Source: Amoebophrya sp. A120 (Eukaryota > Protista > Dinoflagellata). From it: a DNA stretch of 64,000 bases. A program made the position numbers and the translations under genes. Below the pieces are notes generated by a model that was not told the origin of the DNA, searched no databases, and saw nothing but the letters and a program-made list of their open reading frames with translations. Positions 1-11,719 of this stretch are shown piece after piece. The number at the start of each line of letters is the position of its first letter. Within the stretch, counting starts at the first letter, position 1. The stretch spans positions 785,420 through 849,419 of the forward strand of contig CAJINV010000021.1 in the NCBI GenBank assembly GCA_905178155.1. The letters run 5' to 3'.

Positions 1-931
1 GACCGCATTTCTTGCCCGTTCATTCCCCGTGCAACACCAAATGACCACTTCGACATCACTCTTTCTGTCTGCATTGAAACAACGCAATGCTAATAGAAGA
101 TGTCAAGACCTACTTCCTTGCTCCTATCAATTTCCAGCTTCATCTTCACACTTTTGCTTCATGTTGTTCTTTTCGCAATGATCGTATGGAGCACAACATG
201 GACGCCACAGGCGCCATAGTACCGTAGGTGTACGTGGTTCGATTTCTATCGGCAGGTTGTGGCACGTGTAGTTAGGGTTAGGAGAATAAGAAGGAGAAGA
301 AAAGTATTTAGCTACTTCGTGAATCTAGTCTATGGGGGTTCGGCGGGTGGCCGATAGAAAGCACTATTGTAACACTTCATTTCGCAGGGCAATTCATGGG
401 TGCTAGGGGGGTCATATTATGGGAAATAACTGTAAAACAGAAAGAAGTGAGTAGTTGTGCTAGGGTTCAAAGAGACGGCGCACAGCGTCACTGAGAATAC
501 TCACAGCACGATGTTGAGATCGACTTAGGACGAAAATGTTTGGACGAGGACGATGAAACACGACGAAACGACCAACAGCACGAAACAACTACGACGACGC
601 AAGAAGTACGAAACAGATGTTCTTAGTAGGACGATAATCAAAAAACGAACGAACGACAACGTATGGCAAGCATTCGATTTTGAATTTTACTTTTGCTTTT
701 CTTGCACGAACAGGCTTCGATCGAGCCGCAGCACCGAACACCAACACTTTAGCTACAAATACGAAACAAAGTTGTTGTAGCAGCCAGGCAAGCCTGATTT
801 ATTGAAAGACAGTGCTGAAAAATGAGCACCTGTGGAAACGTTCGACCACGACCAACAAGGCCTCCCTGAAGATGGTCATTCTTTTGTCCTGTTATAGCAA
901 TGCTGCATGGAAGTCGTGTTGTTAGTGCCTC

Positions 932-1609
932 CTATCTTTTCAGGGTGGTGGAACGCCTATCGCTAATATCCTCGTCCCCGGACGAGATGAATTCCTCCAT
1001 CACCGCCCGATATTCCTCTACCGTAACCACATAGTTTCTCGGAAAATAGCCTTTCCTGGCCGGGCTTTGCAGCAAATTTCCCAGCAACCAATCGGACCCA
1101 TCGTCGTACAAGACTTTTACAACCTGCCCCGGCACCAAAGGCAGCGGGCGCTGCCGCTCGAAAGGCCAGTTGGGTAGTGTGCTGGGATCGAAGCAATACA
1201 CTGCGACGAAGGTTAAATGCTCGTCGCGAGGACCTGTTGAGGGCGTGGAACTAGAAGGAGACTCGTATTGTGCTACGTAATTATGCGCTTGGTTGCTTGA
1301 GAACTGGCGGCTTTCGGCTTTTGCCTGTGCTGGTCCTCGGACGCCGCTGAGACCGAAGTCGGCGACCTTCTCCCCCTTTATTTTAGTTTTTGTCATGATT
1401 GCGTCCAATGAGAATGACACCCTTGACACAGCAATGACACCACTTGTCGGATAAAATATCAGCCCAAAAGAAATCCCAATCGAGTCGAAAATTGTTACTG
1501 GAATGGAAGTACAAGCCAGCGGCGATAGTGACAAGGAGACGACGTCTGCTTCATAGTTCATGTCGACAGAGATAGAAGGGTCGTGGGGTCCTGTTACTTG
1601 GTTGGTCAC
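932..1609 (-). CDS. SH3-domain protein, 3' part; true 5' exons probably extend upstream (to ~2.4 kb), boundaries unresolved
   Basis: ORF contains an SH3 signature: AVYCFDP...LPLVPGQVVKVLYDDGSDWLLG...KGYFPRNYVV. The N-terminal part of the ORF looks intronic. Confidence 0.6.
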   Translation of the reverse strand: MTNQVTGPHDPSISVDMNYEADVVSLSLSPLACTSIPVTIFDSIGISFGLIFYPTSGVIAVSRVSFSLDAIMTKTKIKGEKVADFGLSGVRGPAQAKAESRQFSSNQAHNYVAQYESPSSSTPSTGPRDEHLTFVAVYCFDPSTLPNWPFERQRPLPLVPGQVVKVLYDDGSDWLLGNLLQSPARKGYFPRNYVVTVEEYRAVMEEFISSGDEDISDRRSTTLKR

Positions 1610-2700
1610 GAAAAGGGTGGGATCGAGATCCTTCTAGTGGTAATTGTTAGTGCAACTGCTGATCTTCCCTGCTCACGAGCACAGCGCACACATCGGCTCT
1701 ACGGTTGCAGGACGACCGATCTTTGGCAGGGTGTTACGACTGATGTCATCCGCTATGCTGCATCCTAGCAACAGAGTGTCGAGTCTTCTTGCGCTCGTGG
1801 CTCCTCGTTGAGGCTCGTCGTCATCAAACGGATCACGTTGTGCAATAGTAACAGAGTGATCCCAGGAAACAGAGACCGAAATTACCGAATGGCTTCATCA
1901 GTATGACCAGTGAATCATAGGTCCTGCTCTGGAAAGCGAATACTCGGACAGGAAACAAAGACGAGATCATTTTGACTTCTACTTGTCCCGAAAGCAGCGT
2001 GAAAGAATACTGGACCAGAGAATCGTGCGGGACTTGTCTTTTTTTTTCTTTTTTTTGATGAAACAATACTTGGTGTACAGTTTGAGAATAACAATAAATT
2101 CTTTTCAGTTCCTGATCCTGTTCGTGATCCCCGCTTGTACTTTCTCCTCGTCGAGCCTTTGTTTCGTCGATTTCCCGCTGTTGTTCGTATGTCATCCCGT
2201 CACGTTGTCCATGTATCGTGCATTTACTAGTATACCACCTGCTTCACGATTGTTGGTACATGTGCATTTTGATTTTGGCTGGGACGAGTAGACGAGAAAA
2301 AGGCGGGGAAACAGATCTTCGCGGAGCAGCAGCTCCCGAGGAGTTTCTTTCGTCTGAGCCCTGAAAAAACTCGACCTACTGCTACTACCGAAACTTGTTG
2401 TGTATCAGCTACATTAACATTCATTCGTAAATAAACTCACCAGTCAAGAAAAAGCTAGATTAAATCAGGAAAGAGTTGTTAGATTTTGGTTTCATTGAGA
2501 TGCTACATTTTGAGAAGTTTAAGTTCTTCATTTTCTTGCGCTAATCGATATACTGTGTGCTGCTCTCATCTTCATCAACACTACAGCATTTATCGATTGT
2601 GGCACTTCTAAAGACAGTCATTCTGAAAACCACTAAGAGACCATACAGTTTGAACATTTACTACTACTTTCAAAATTTTCGTTTCCGCCACGATTCATTT

Positions 2701-5700
2701 TCACCCCGCTCCGGGCCCTAAGCCTGCGCCGAAGGCGGCTAATTTTCTGCCCTCCTTTATCCTGAGTAAAAACGTACCCACGCCAGAGTTGTAATGCAGA
2801 TTTGCAAAGACAGGAAGACTTGTAATGCGCATCCGCATGAGAGCCATTCCCAGTCGTATTTTGGAATTTGTGATGCTGTGAACAGGATGAGCAGACGAAT
2901 CTGTGATGCGGCTGCACTTGCTAACCCGCACTACACTGCAGAGTGCAACTTGTCATGCGTGACTCACAAAACTCCTAGCTTTGTGTTGCAAAATCCCCAT
3001 CCTGACTCTGGTGTGGGTACGTTTTTACTCAGGATATCCTTACTGACCGCCATCTGCCGCACCACTTCCTTCATTTCCGGCGTCCATTCGATCTCCCTCT
3101 CGACCTCCGCGTCCTATGCAATGCAAAAGCATCGTACTAGTATAAATCGCATGACAAATTCCCTCAGCATGAAAAATCGAATTTGTAATGCGGATTTCGG
3201 TTAAGATGGAGATTTGTAATGCATGACTGCGATTACTACGAGTGCGATACTTTTGCACAGGATACGTCCTTTTCGATTGCGATGTCGATGAACCGTTCGT
3301 GCGGCCTCCGCATAGACTCGCCGGAGGAGAAGTTGTAGTAGTACTTGACGCCTCGCAAGTCGTAGAACGCGTGCCACTCCTCGCCGAGCGTGGTCTGTAT
3401 GGGTGCGCGCTTGGAAAACCCCTCCTGCGCCTCGTACGCCGGATTCACTTCTCCCAAGGCCCACACACGGGTGACCCCGCCCGACGGCGCGTTCAGATTC
3501 GGTGCAGCAGCGCCTGCTCCCGGTGCGGCGGCCCCGCCCGCGGCTCCTCCTGCCGCGGCGCCACCCGCTTCCGGCGCACCCGCACCGGCGTTCTGAGGTG
3601 GCGCGGGTGCCGGTTTCCTCTTCGCCGTGTAGTCGATTCGCAGTGGCTTCAGGTCCAGAAACTTCGGCAGGGTCTTCACGTGCTTGCGGGCGTAGCACTC
3701 GTGGCAGTAGTTGCCGAAGGTGTAGGTGCACTGCAGTTTGGCCGGGAACGCGCGGCAGAGACAGCAGGGAATCAAGTGGTTTGGCTCGTGCTTGTGCCGG
3801 TTACCCTTGCTGTGCAGCCGCTCGAAGCAGTTCTCGCAGAAGCAGTCTTCGCAGTCCGGGCAGTAGCAGGTCGCAATCACCTGGCACTCGATGCAGTACA
3901 GCTGTGCGTGCGCGCTCGGATTGACCAACTCCCCCGGATCGTCCTCCAGGTCCATGTTCTTCGCAATATTGGCCTTCGCGCGCTCGTTCTCCACGATTTC
4001 CAGACACCACTTGACCTCCTGCGCGTCGATCTCCTCTTCCAGCCGGTACTGCTGCGAAAACGCCTTCAAAAAAGTCTTCAGCGTTCGGACCATGAAGGGT
4101 TCCTTCGGCAGGTCGATTTTCAGCATCTCCGCCATCTGCTGCACGTAAAGCGGGGAAATCAACGGCTGTTGCAGCGACACGTCGTGCTGACTCTCCGCCT
4201 CGTAGGTCCACTATCCAAGAAAAAAACGTTGTTAGTGTAAATTTGTGATGCGGAACATGCAAGATGATTGCGTCTGTCATGCTTGGCATGCATTGTAGGG
4301 CCCACTAAAGGGCGTTTTCACGTACTATCTGCGCATGACAGGTTTTTGCTGTCATGCCAGACAGATTTGTAATGCTGTTCCTCCAAAAAAGTTACACCTA
4401 CAATGTTTTTTTCTTGGATATCCACAGCATGCGGTTCAACCGCAGTTTGATATGCTCCTCCTGACTCGCCCTTCGGCAGTGGTCGAGCAGCTGCGCAAAG
4501 TAGTCGTAAAACGGGTGCTTCCACGTGGTTTCCTGGGACTCGTTGTTCAGGTAACACACGATCGACCCGACACCCTTGTAACTTGTCCACGGGACCGGCA
4601 ACTCTACTTCGGCGAAGGCCTCGATCACCCAGCTAAACTCGCGGTCCGCCTCCGGATCCGCATTCAAGTACGCAAACCACTCCTCAAGCACAGGCCTGAG
4701 CGATTGATTGTGATTGTGTGGTCTTGTAGTAGAAACTATCGTGCTCACTTCTTTCTCTTTCACGCAAATTTTTGAAAATGCAACACCATGATCTTGATCA
4801 TGCATGCTTGCCCATGTATTGATGGCACGACGAAAAGGTGAGAGCACTTGTTTCATCGAAGTTTGAATTTGAAAGCAAAAGGGGAAATAATAAATAAAGG
4901 GTGAAGCAAAAAAATTTCTACCTTTGTCCCATGCACTTTAACATTGGCACGGTGGCTGCTTTTTCCAGGGCCTTCTGTGTGACCGGGTCTGCGATACCGA
5001 ACAGGGACAGGGGATCCGCGTCGAGGTAATCCAGCGCCTCCTCGGACAATTCGCGATTGTCTTCCAGGGTCTGCTATGCATCCCAAATATGTCCGGGTCT
5101 GGAAAAATATAACCTGTGTTGCGCGTCCGGGATCCCTGTAAAGCCTGTATTGCATGACCAACAAGAAAGCCGAAACCACTTTTGTCATGTTGGGAAACTA
5201 AGGGCAGGGCGTCCCTGTGTAAATAGCGTAAAACGGTAACTAACCGCCTACTCAGCAAACTCGAAACCACTTTTGTCATGCAAAAGCACAGTCTCTGTCT
5301 CTGATGCGCACTACGCATGAAAAAGCGCCCTAGAAATTTGTCATGCTTGGCTGCACGACTCAGGAGTATGTATGCTCATCACAAGTTCTTTCCAGACCCA
5401 GGAGACATATTTGCAATGCATATCTGCAAGGCCTCAATCCACAAGGAGTCCACATCATCCGTCCAGTCGAGGAGAATGTTTTCTGGGTGGACGTACGCGA
5501 CCCTGAGGTATGTTATTTATCGCAAGAAAAAACTGTTTCACTGTGAACCTGTGATGCAGAGAACGAAGCGCCAAAGTGTTTGTCTTGCTACACCTGCAAC
5601 GCAACGGATTTTTAGGCGTGTTTTCCCTTGGAAAACGTGCATGACAAATTTTCTGTGTCATGTGTAGCAAACTTGTGATGCAGATCCTGCAAAACCATCA

Positions 5701-6825
5701 CAGTGAAACAGTTTTTTCGTGGGATATTATTTCTTGCACTAACACTATTTATCGACGAGATCATCTCCATGTAGTTCATGCACGAGCACCAGAAGAGCTG
5801 ACGTGCTCACTGCCATACTGCGAAATAGACCTCGGTCCTCAAGCAGCTAGTAGCTGAATCTGAGCTAGGCTACATGGATCTACTTCTAGTACATCACATG
5901 TACTACGAGTACGAGTCAGAACATTTGCATATATATTGTACCTGTATTCTGGCCCATTGTCACCCTCTTTGGTTTCGAAAAACACGCTGGTATCGTCCAC
6001 CTCCACAGCGGCTTGAAAATTTGCGGGTATGTATCAAATGCAAATATGTCTGGGTCTGGAAATAAAGTGCAAGTTTGTCATGCTGGTCTGGCATGAGTCT
6101 GAAATCTGTGATGCATGAGCAGGAAAAGCGCCCCTTGCCTGTCATGCAAAAATTTAGTTTGTCATGCGAAAAACGAAACACACAGCAGCGCAAAAACTTG
6201 TCATGCTGGGCTGCATCTTGTTGTGCGCCCACAATTCGTAGATTTGCATCACAAGTTTCCAGACCGAGACCCAGACATATTTGCATTTGATAGTATGACA
6301 CCGGGCACGAGATCGTCCGGCACTTCCGGCACGGGCGGGTACTGGAACTTGTAAACATCCGGCACCACCGTTCGCACTTCCCCAGGCACATCGGTTTCCT
6401 CGGGGATGGTGACCATGTACCCGAAGGAAATGATATCATATGTAAGAACATCCCCACCCCATTGTCAAGTTGGAACAACTCAGCAACACAAATCCAGAAG
6501 TTTTGGGAGCCACGCGTGACAAGTTGCAGTCCGTAGCGTAGTGCATCTTAGCAAGGACAACCGCATCACAAATCCGTCTGCGTCTGCTTCTCCTGTTTAC
6601 AGCATTACAAATTCCAAAACCCGATTGGAAATGCCTCTCAACATGGAGACGCGCATTACAAGTCTTCCTGTAATCGCAAATCTGGATGACAACCATCATG
6701 GGGTGGGGACGTTTTTACTCAGGATAAATGACCTTATGCCTCCTCGGCTGCTCCTTCACCCGCACAATGGGGATCTTCACCTCCGGCTCCGCCACCCGGC
6801 GGTGCCCCTCGTCGCCGCCCGACAT
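2701..6825 (-). CDS. WW-domain / B-box zinc-finger protein (~624 aa, 9 exons)
   Basis: Reconstructed exons 6825-6727, 6428-6293, 6026-5942, 5502-5423, 5069-4937, 4695-4421, 4206-3265, 3109-3037, 2752-2701 total 1875 nt in one open frame from ATG to TGA. Two GT-AG introns (5503-5941, 4696-4936) plus six TIR-element introns. Motifs: WW LPVPWTSY...YLNNESQETTWKHP; B-box CIECQVIATCYCPDCEDCFCENCFERLH...H; second Cys/His cluster; WW EWHAFYDLRGVKYYYNFSSGES. Confidence 0.85.
2758..3036. mobile_element. Introner/MITE-like element, family A (279 bp), exonic
   Basis: 32-bp TIR TATCCTGAGTAAAAACGTACCCACRCCAGAGT (1 mismatch). DR TCCTT at 2753-2757 and 3037-3041. Removal gives ...MAVSKEGRKLAAFG... Confidence 0.92.
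3115..3264. mobile_element. Introner/MITE-like element, family B (150 bp), exonic
   Basis: TAT...ATA ends with imperfect TIR (TGCAAAAGYATCGYACT core). DR CGTCC at 3110-3114 and 3265-3269. Removal gives ...IAIEKDAEVEREIEW... Close copy at 34210-34361. Confidence 0.9.
4212..4420. mobile_element. Introner/MITE-like element, family C (209 bp), exonic
   Basis: ~29-bp TIR TATCCAAGAAAAAAACRTTGT..GTGTAA. DR TCCAC at 4207-4211 and 4421-4425. Removal joins ORFs as ...NRMLWTYEAESQHDVSLQQP... Confidence 0.92.
5075..5422. mobile_element. Introner/MITE-like element, family D (348 bp), exonic
   Basis: TIR TATGCAT..CAAATATGTC..GGGTCTGGAAA. DR TCTGC at 5070-5074 and 5423-5427. Removal gives ...LWIEALQTLEDNRE... 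Confidence 0.9.
5518..5726. mobile_element. Introner/MITE-like element, family C-like (209 bp), nested in a canonical GT-AG intron
   Basis: 29-bp TIR TATCSCAMGAAAAAACTGTTTCACTGTGA. DR TTATT at 5513-5517 and 5727-5731. Lies within intron 5503-5941. Confidence 0.88.
6032..6292. mobile_element. Introner/MITE-like element, family D (261 bp), exonic
   Basis: Perfect 26-bp TIR TATCAAATGCAAATATGTCTGGGTCT. DR GTATG at 6027-6031 and 6293-6297. Removal gives ...DLVPGVIPANFQAAV... Confidence 0.92.
6434..6726. mobile_element. Introner/MITE-like element, family A (293 bp), exonic, inverted relative to 2758-3036
   Basis: ~29-bp imperfect TIR. DR AATGA at 6429-6433 and 6727-6731. Internal sequence is the reverse-complement homolog of 2758-3036. 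Removal gives ...RRHKVISFGYM... Confidence 0.9.
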
Positions 6826-8139
6826 GGTGGTCGAGGTGGTGTTTTGGGGCTGTACTAAACCACGTACAAGCTGAAGCTTATTTTACAGCTCCTCCGCGAG
6901 GATTGGTCGATTGGACGAGGTCGTGTACTACACAGGTTGTGCAGAAGATGAACTGTCACACCGCGGCGAGCACACGTCACGATATTACCCCAGCTCCTCG
7001 CAGACGTCGCATCCTCGTCATTTCATCAAACATACAAATCTTTAGCTCAAAAAACAGTCTGCTAAATCAGAGCCTGGTGGTTTTTTTTCAATTTCAATTT
7101 GGTTCGTTGAACGACAGAAACAGTTGTTGTGCGTACTTACTGTGAGTGTAATAAATAAGAATGCTTTATTTTCGATGCACGAATTAGAACAAATTGAAAT
7201 TGGCGGAGGATGTTGGCGTGGGGTAAGGGAGGTACTCAATTGTCGCGGAGACGCAAACGCGATTAGAAACGAGATGGCGATGGGAGGGGGCAGGGGACAA
7301 ATGACGATCTGGGTAGCGAGACAATCCTGCACTTTCGGTTAGAAACGAAGTGCGTTTAGCCCCATTGGTTCACTTTTTCTTTCGAGCTCTCCCACGGAAT
7401 CAATGTCGACATCTCTCAACGAGCAATTCGGAATTCGATTCTCTTACTCTTTCTCAGTAGTCGTTGCATATGATGACAAACAATAATTCATGCGATGGTT
7501 TATCACTCAACGAAATCAGATCCACCCCTACAACATAATACAAAGCACGACCCAACAAGAACTTCTATCTCTCTGCCCCCATATCATGCCCGATTGTTCT
7601 TTTGTCAATGAACACATCCTGACTTTATTTCGACAAAGTAGAACCACTTCCCGAAAACGAATGGTCAGTGAAAATTTAAGGTTGCCAGCTATGAGGTAGA
7701 AAGCGTCGCATCGGTCCAATTCGTCCAAATAGATTTTTACAGGATCTTCTGGGGGGCGATGAAGACAATGGGTAATCGCTATCGCAATCATACTGTAGGG
7801 TTTCATATGCCGAGTTTCAAACAAGTAGCAAAAAGAGCACACCGGCCTCAACGATGGGAAAAACGATGCTCCTTGTAATTTGTGCATGTGCTCTCGTCTC
7901 ATGTAGGCTCGAATTTTCGTATCTTCTTGTACCGATCGATATCGGACGGGAACATGGTGGGGGTACCACCAGACGAACTAGTGTAAAATAAAACATTCAG
8001 TTGCGATTACGAATAAGCAGTCAATGAGCAGGAAGTTCAGAGACCACGATCGTGTAAGACGAAAAAGAAAGTTATCCAGCAGCAGGTTCCCGGCTAGTAC
8101 TAGTCTAGTAGTATCTCCACTATCAATTTCTAAATCTGA

Positions 8140-10951
8140 TTATCCTACAAACCTCCCGCCGAAGAACCCCGCTTCTCTCGGCTTGCAAGGGCTTCGTTTT
8201 ACCAGACACGGATCGTTCGGCAGCACCACCGTGTGGTTGATCTTGGCCGGCACGCTTTCGTAGTAGCCGTGATTTAAGCTGTATGCATTGCAAATCTGTC
8301 TGGGTCTGGAAGATGTCATGCTGTTTTTGCATGACGCAGAAGGTCTGGCATGGAAGCCCTAGCATCACAGATTTCGACAAGGTTCTGCAATGCCTAATCC
8401 GCATGACATATCCCCCACTTTGGTGACAAGAAGTGGGCATCTTTTGCTGCCTATGCATGAGAGATTTCTGTGTGTTATGAAATGCGCATCGCAACTTCAC
8501 ATCCTTCCAGACCCAGACATTTTTGCAGTTGATAAGCTGCGGCGCTCGACGAAGCTCTTCTTGTCCGCAGCAAACTCCCCCCGGTTGCAGCGTTGCGGGT
8601 CGGAGGGGAACATGTCGATGCCCGACGGGTCGCTGCCGGTGGGCAGCCGGACCATCCGGGACCGCGCCGGCCCGAAAAACCCGTCGTAGTCTACCGGCTC
8701 GGGCTTGCTGTTCTTCATTGCCCTACCTCTTCTGTCGGTTTCCAAATACGCTCGATACTCGGAATCGCCACCGGCCGCGACGAGCATGTTAGTTACCGAA
8801 ATGGCATCCTTCGTCGCTGTCGGACTCCGGTCCACGGCGTGAGGGGAATTTACCCTGCGGCTGGCGTCCTGTCTTTGAAGCTCTTCTGCGAATTGTTGTT
8901 GTGCAATCTTGGCGTTGTGCAGCTGTTTTTGCTTCAATGGGTGGTCGGAGCTCTGTTCTATCAGTTGCTGCAAAGACATATCCCGGTTATCGAGGAAAAC
9001 GTTTCTGGCGGTATTTCCGTCTGGTTGTTGACCTCCTGCTTGGTAGTTATTTGCTTGTCCCGCTGCGGCTGCCGCTAATGCTGCTGATTGCTGCACTTCC
9101 TGCGCAGTCCTCGGACTTCGCTGCTCTACCCCGGGGGAGTGACGCACCGCGCTCCTGGGCGATTGAATTCCGTTGTAATGCCTCTTCCTCGCCTCGAATA
9201 AGTTTTCCCTCTGGTCGGCACCGAAATTCGCCTCATCAAAATTTCGTTCTTGTCCGCGCTTTTCTACGTGGTTTTTGTAGTCGCGCAGAACCCCAGAAGG
9301 GCTGGTGACTTCGGCGCTCCGCGTGTACACATCAAACTCCTTTGGCGGCAAAACGTCGACGTCTTTGAGCAGCGTTGGGGCTTGGGGGACTACAGCGCGC
9401 CGGCCGTAAGGAGATGAAGTAGGCGAGATCAAATCCTTCACCAGGTTACTTTCCTTCTCCATCGGATTGATCCCGACCCGTTTCCCCCTACCGAGTGGAA
9501 AGTCCCCACCGGCACTCGGGAGTGCTTTGCTAAACTCCGGATTACCGCTTCCTCCGTAATATCGGCTTTCCTGCTCTTCGTCGTACTTCATGGAATACTG
9601 ATCGCCGTACTTCGCCCGCGGCACTAACGCCCGCGTCGGGTTCCCGGGCATCAGCGCCGGGTGCGCGCGCTTGCGGTCCAGCCGCGCGTGCAAAACCGGA
9701 CTGTGGGCCGCGGGGCCGAACCCGGGGAAAACCCCGTTCGCCCGCTGTGGGGAGGAATCGCGGTGCAGCTGCTCCTCCTCGTGCGCCAGTTTCCCCCTGT
9801 AATCGAGCATCACCCCGGTTCGGTCGGGGGAAAAGCTCTGCTGTGAAGGTCTCTGCTGATGTTGTTCGTTCCCAGTACCTGGCGCACCTCCTAAGATCGT
9901 CACCTCCGTCTCGTTCGGCTTCCCCGCTACCCGCGCGCCGTGGGGAACATACCGTACGAGGAACGGGTCCCCGGAATCGCAGTGATTGTACTTCAACAGA
10001 CTTCGGTCGGGGGAAAAGTTGCCGACGATCTCTTTTTCCGGGCTCATCGCGATCTCTTCCTCCACCTTGTAGCAATTTGGCAGGTATTTGTAATTGTTCA
10101 CGCCCGTCATGGCGCGTTCTTGTTTCATCAACAGCGCTTCGTCTCTCTGTAGCGGCGAAAACGTTTTCCCATGTTGATCTGACGAAAACGCATTCTTTTC
10201 TTGGCGGAGCAGGTAGTCTCGTTGAGTTTCCCCGATCTGAAACCTTACATTCGCCGCGTTCGCTTGCGCTTGGACGTAGGGAGAAGCAGCTTGCTGCTGC
10301 TGCGCAACTGTCCGTGGAGAGATTGGTGGGACTCGTTGGTCCTGCTGACTTAGCTCCTGTATTCCGTACGCAGCGGTTATGTTCCGGTAGGCTTGTTTGT
10401 CCAGCTCGTGCGATAACACGCCGGCTGCCGGTGAGTCCATGACGTTAGGGAAGGGCGCGGGGTCCCCGTAATTCATGTTCGATGGAAGCATCTGCACCGT
10501 GACAGGAGCGCGCGCGATCTTGTCGGAGAGAGGACGGTGCAGAGATTGCCCATTGGGACCTGTGGGTTTTAGTTTTTATACGTTAAATTTGTTTTGATGA
10601 TTTTTCGGATGGCTTTTGACGACGAGTAAAAGTGTAGCATCAATGCCAATCAAAGCAAAGCATAAAGAAAGCGGAAAGAATGAAAATTTATCGGTCAGTT
10701 CTAGCTGTATGTATCTGTCGTCACAACACAAGTTCTTGTGTACCAAACATCCCTTCGCGGACAACCGGCTGGCTGCCCTGCATTGGCTGCGGAATTGGCT
10801 GCGCGATGGATGCTTCACGCGGTTTCAACGCCGTTCGATCAGGAGCGAAGCCCTGGACGGGACGCTTGGTCGGGTCCGCAGTGACATTTTGCCAAGGAAG
10901 CGGCTGGCCGTCTTTGTTCTGCGGACCGTAGTCGTGGTAAAGCAGCGCCAT
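8140..10951 (-). CDS. Hypothetical Ser/Pro/Gln-rich protein (~789 aa, 3 exons)
   Basis: Exons 10951-10744, 10559-8535 and 8276-8140 total 2370 nt in frame. GT-AG intron 10560-10743 and TIR-element intron at 8282-8534. No recognisable domain. Confidence 0.75.
8282..8534. mobile_element. Introner/MITE-like element, family D (253 bp), exonic
   Basis: ~31-bp TIR TAT....TGCAAA..TGTCTGGGTCTGGAAG. DR AGCTG at 8277-8281 and 8535-8539. Removal extends the ORF as ...ERRSLNHGYYESVPAK...GRFVG*. Confidence 0.88.
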
Positions 10952-11719
10952 TTTCGTAAGTAGCTTCTTTTTCACGCCGGGTCGCTAGCCTATACTAGGG
11001 TTATGTGATGTTATTATAATGCTGGGTCTTCTAATATGGATATTCCCAACAAGGTCAAGGAGTAACACTACAACTGCTCGAAACCGGGGCGCTTAGAATA
11101 AGAGGTGTGAGATGATTCAGTTTGGGCTTGGCCTTTTTGGGTTGCTTTCTCTGTTGGTGTTGCGAAATGGCTTGTTACGAGGCTGAGTGAGAACATTCTG
11201 CTTCTTGATGGGGGGGCGAGTTGTATAGCGTACGAACGAAAAGAAAAAAGAACGATGAAAAAGATTTTCTTGCACGACAAAACCGACAATGCAGTTGCAC
11301 TAGCATTTTTGAAACAAAGAGGTCGCCGGAAAAAACAAAGTACGAACGAGCGACACAGGCGAAAAAAACGATTCAACCAGAACTAGAACTTCTAGTACGG
11401 ACGCGACCGAAGATCAGTATAGTCTTACACCAACATGCACGTTGACCGAGGTTAAAGGTGGAAGTAAGGCAGTTCCGGAACAACCGGTGTGCTGCAGGAA
11501 ACGCAGGAAAAACATACTTAGCCCGACAAAAAAGCAATGCCGATGATCTGCTTTGATAAGGAGAACAGCAATATACGAGGTCGACGCAATCATCACTTCT
11601 GGTCAATGAAGATGAATCAATAATGTTACAGTAAAAGCATAGCAGCACAACTCGTTTGGTGTAGTTGCAAAGCGCCCGCGCCGCTGCAGCGCGCTACAAA
11701 ATGGTGACACACTCACCAG

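Noticed and set aside
3242-4240. Long plus-strand ORFs antisense to real genes (also 14958-15839, 28838-29557, 40087-40809, 52789-53496)
   Set aside because: Shadow ORFs of GC-rich minus-strand coding sequence, with no motifs.
2794-6699. Similar Cys-rich ORFs 2794-3204 (+) and 6436-6699 (-) as a small gene family or transposase
   Set aside because: They are translations of two inverted copies of a non-autonomous element. The Cys/His richness comes from the TGTNATGC motif.
2701-6825. Interpretation of element-interrupted genes as pseudogenes
   Set aside because: After precise removal the CDSs contain no other stops or frameshifts and the domain motifs are intact; transcript data are still needed.
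7042-7902. Short ORFs in the 7-8 kb intergenic region
   Set aside because: No recognisable domain, coding-like composition or splice-consistent model.
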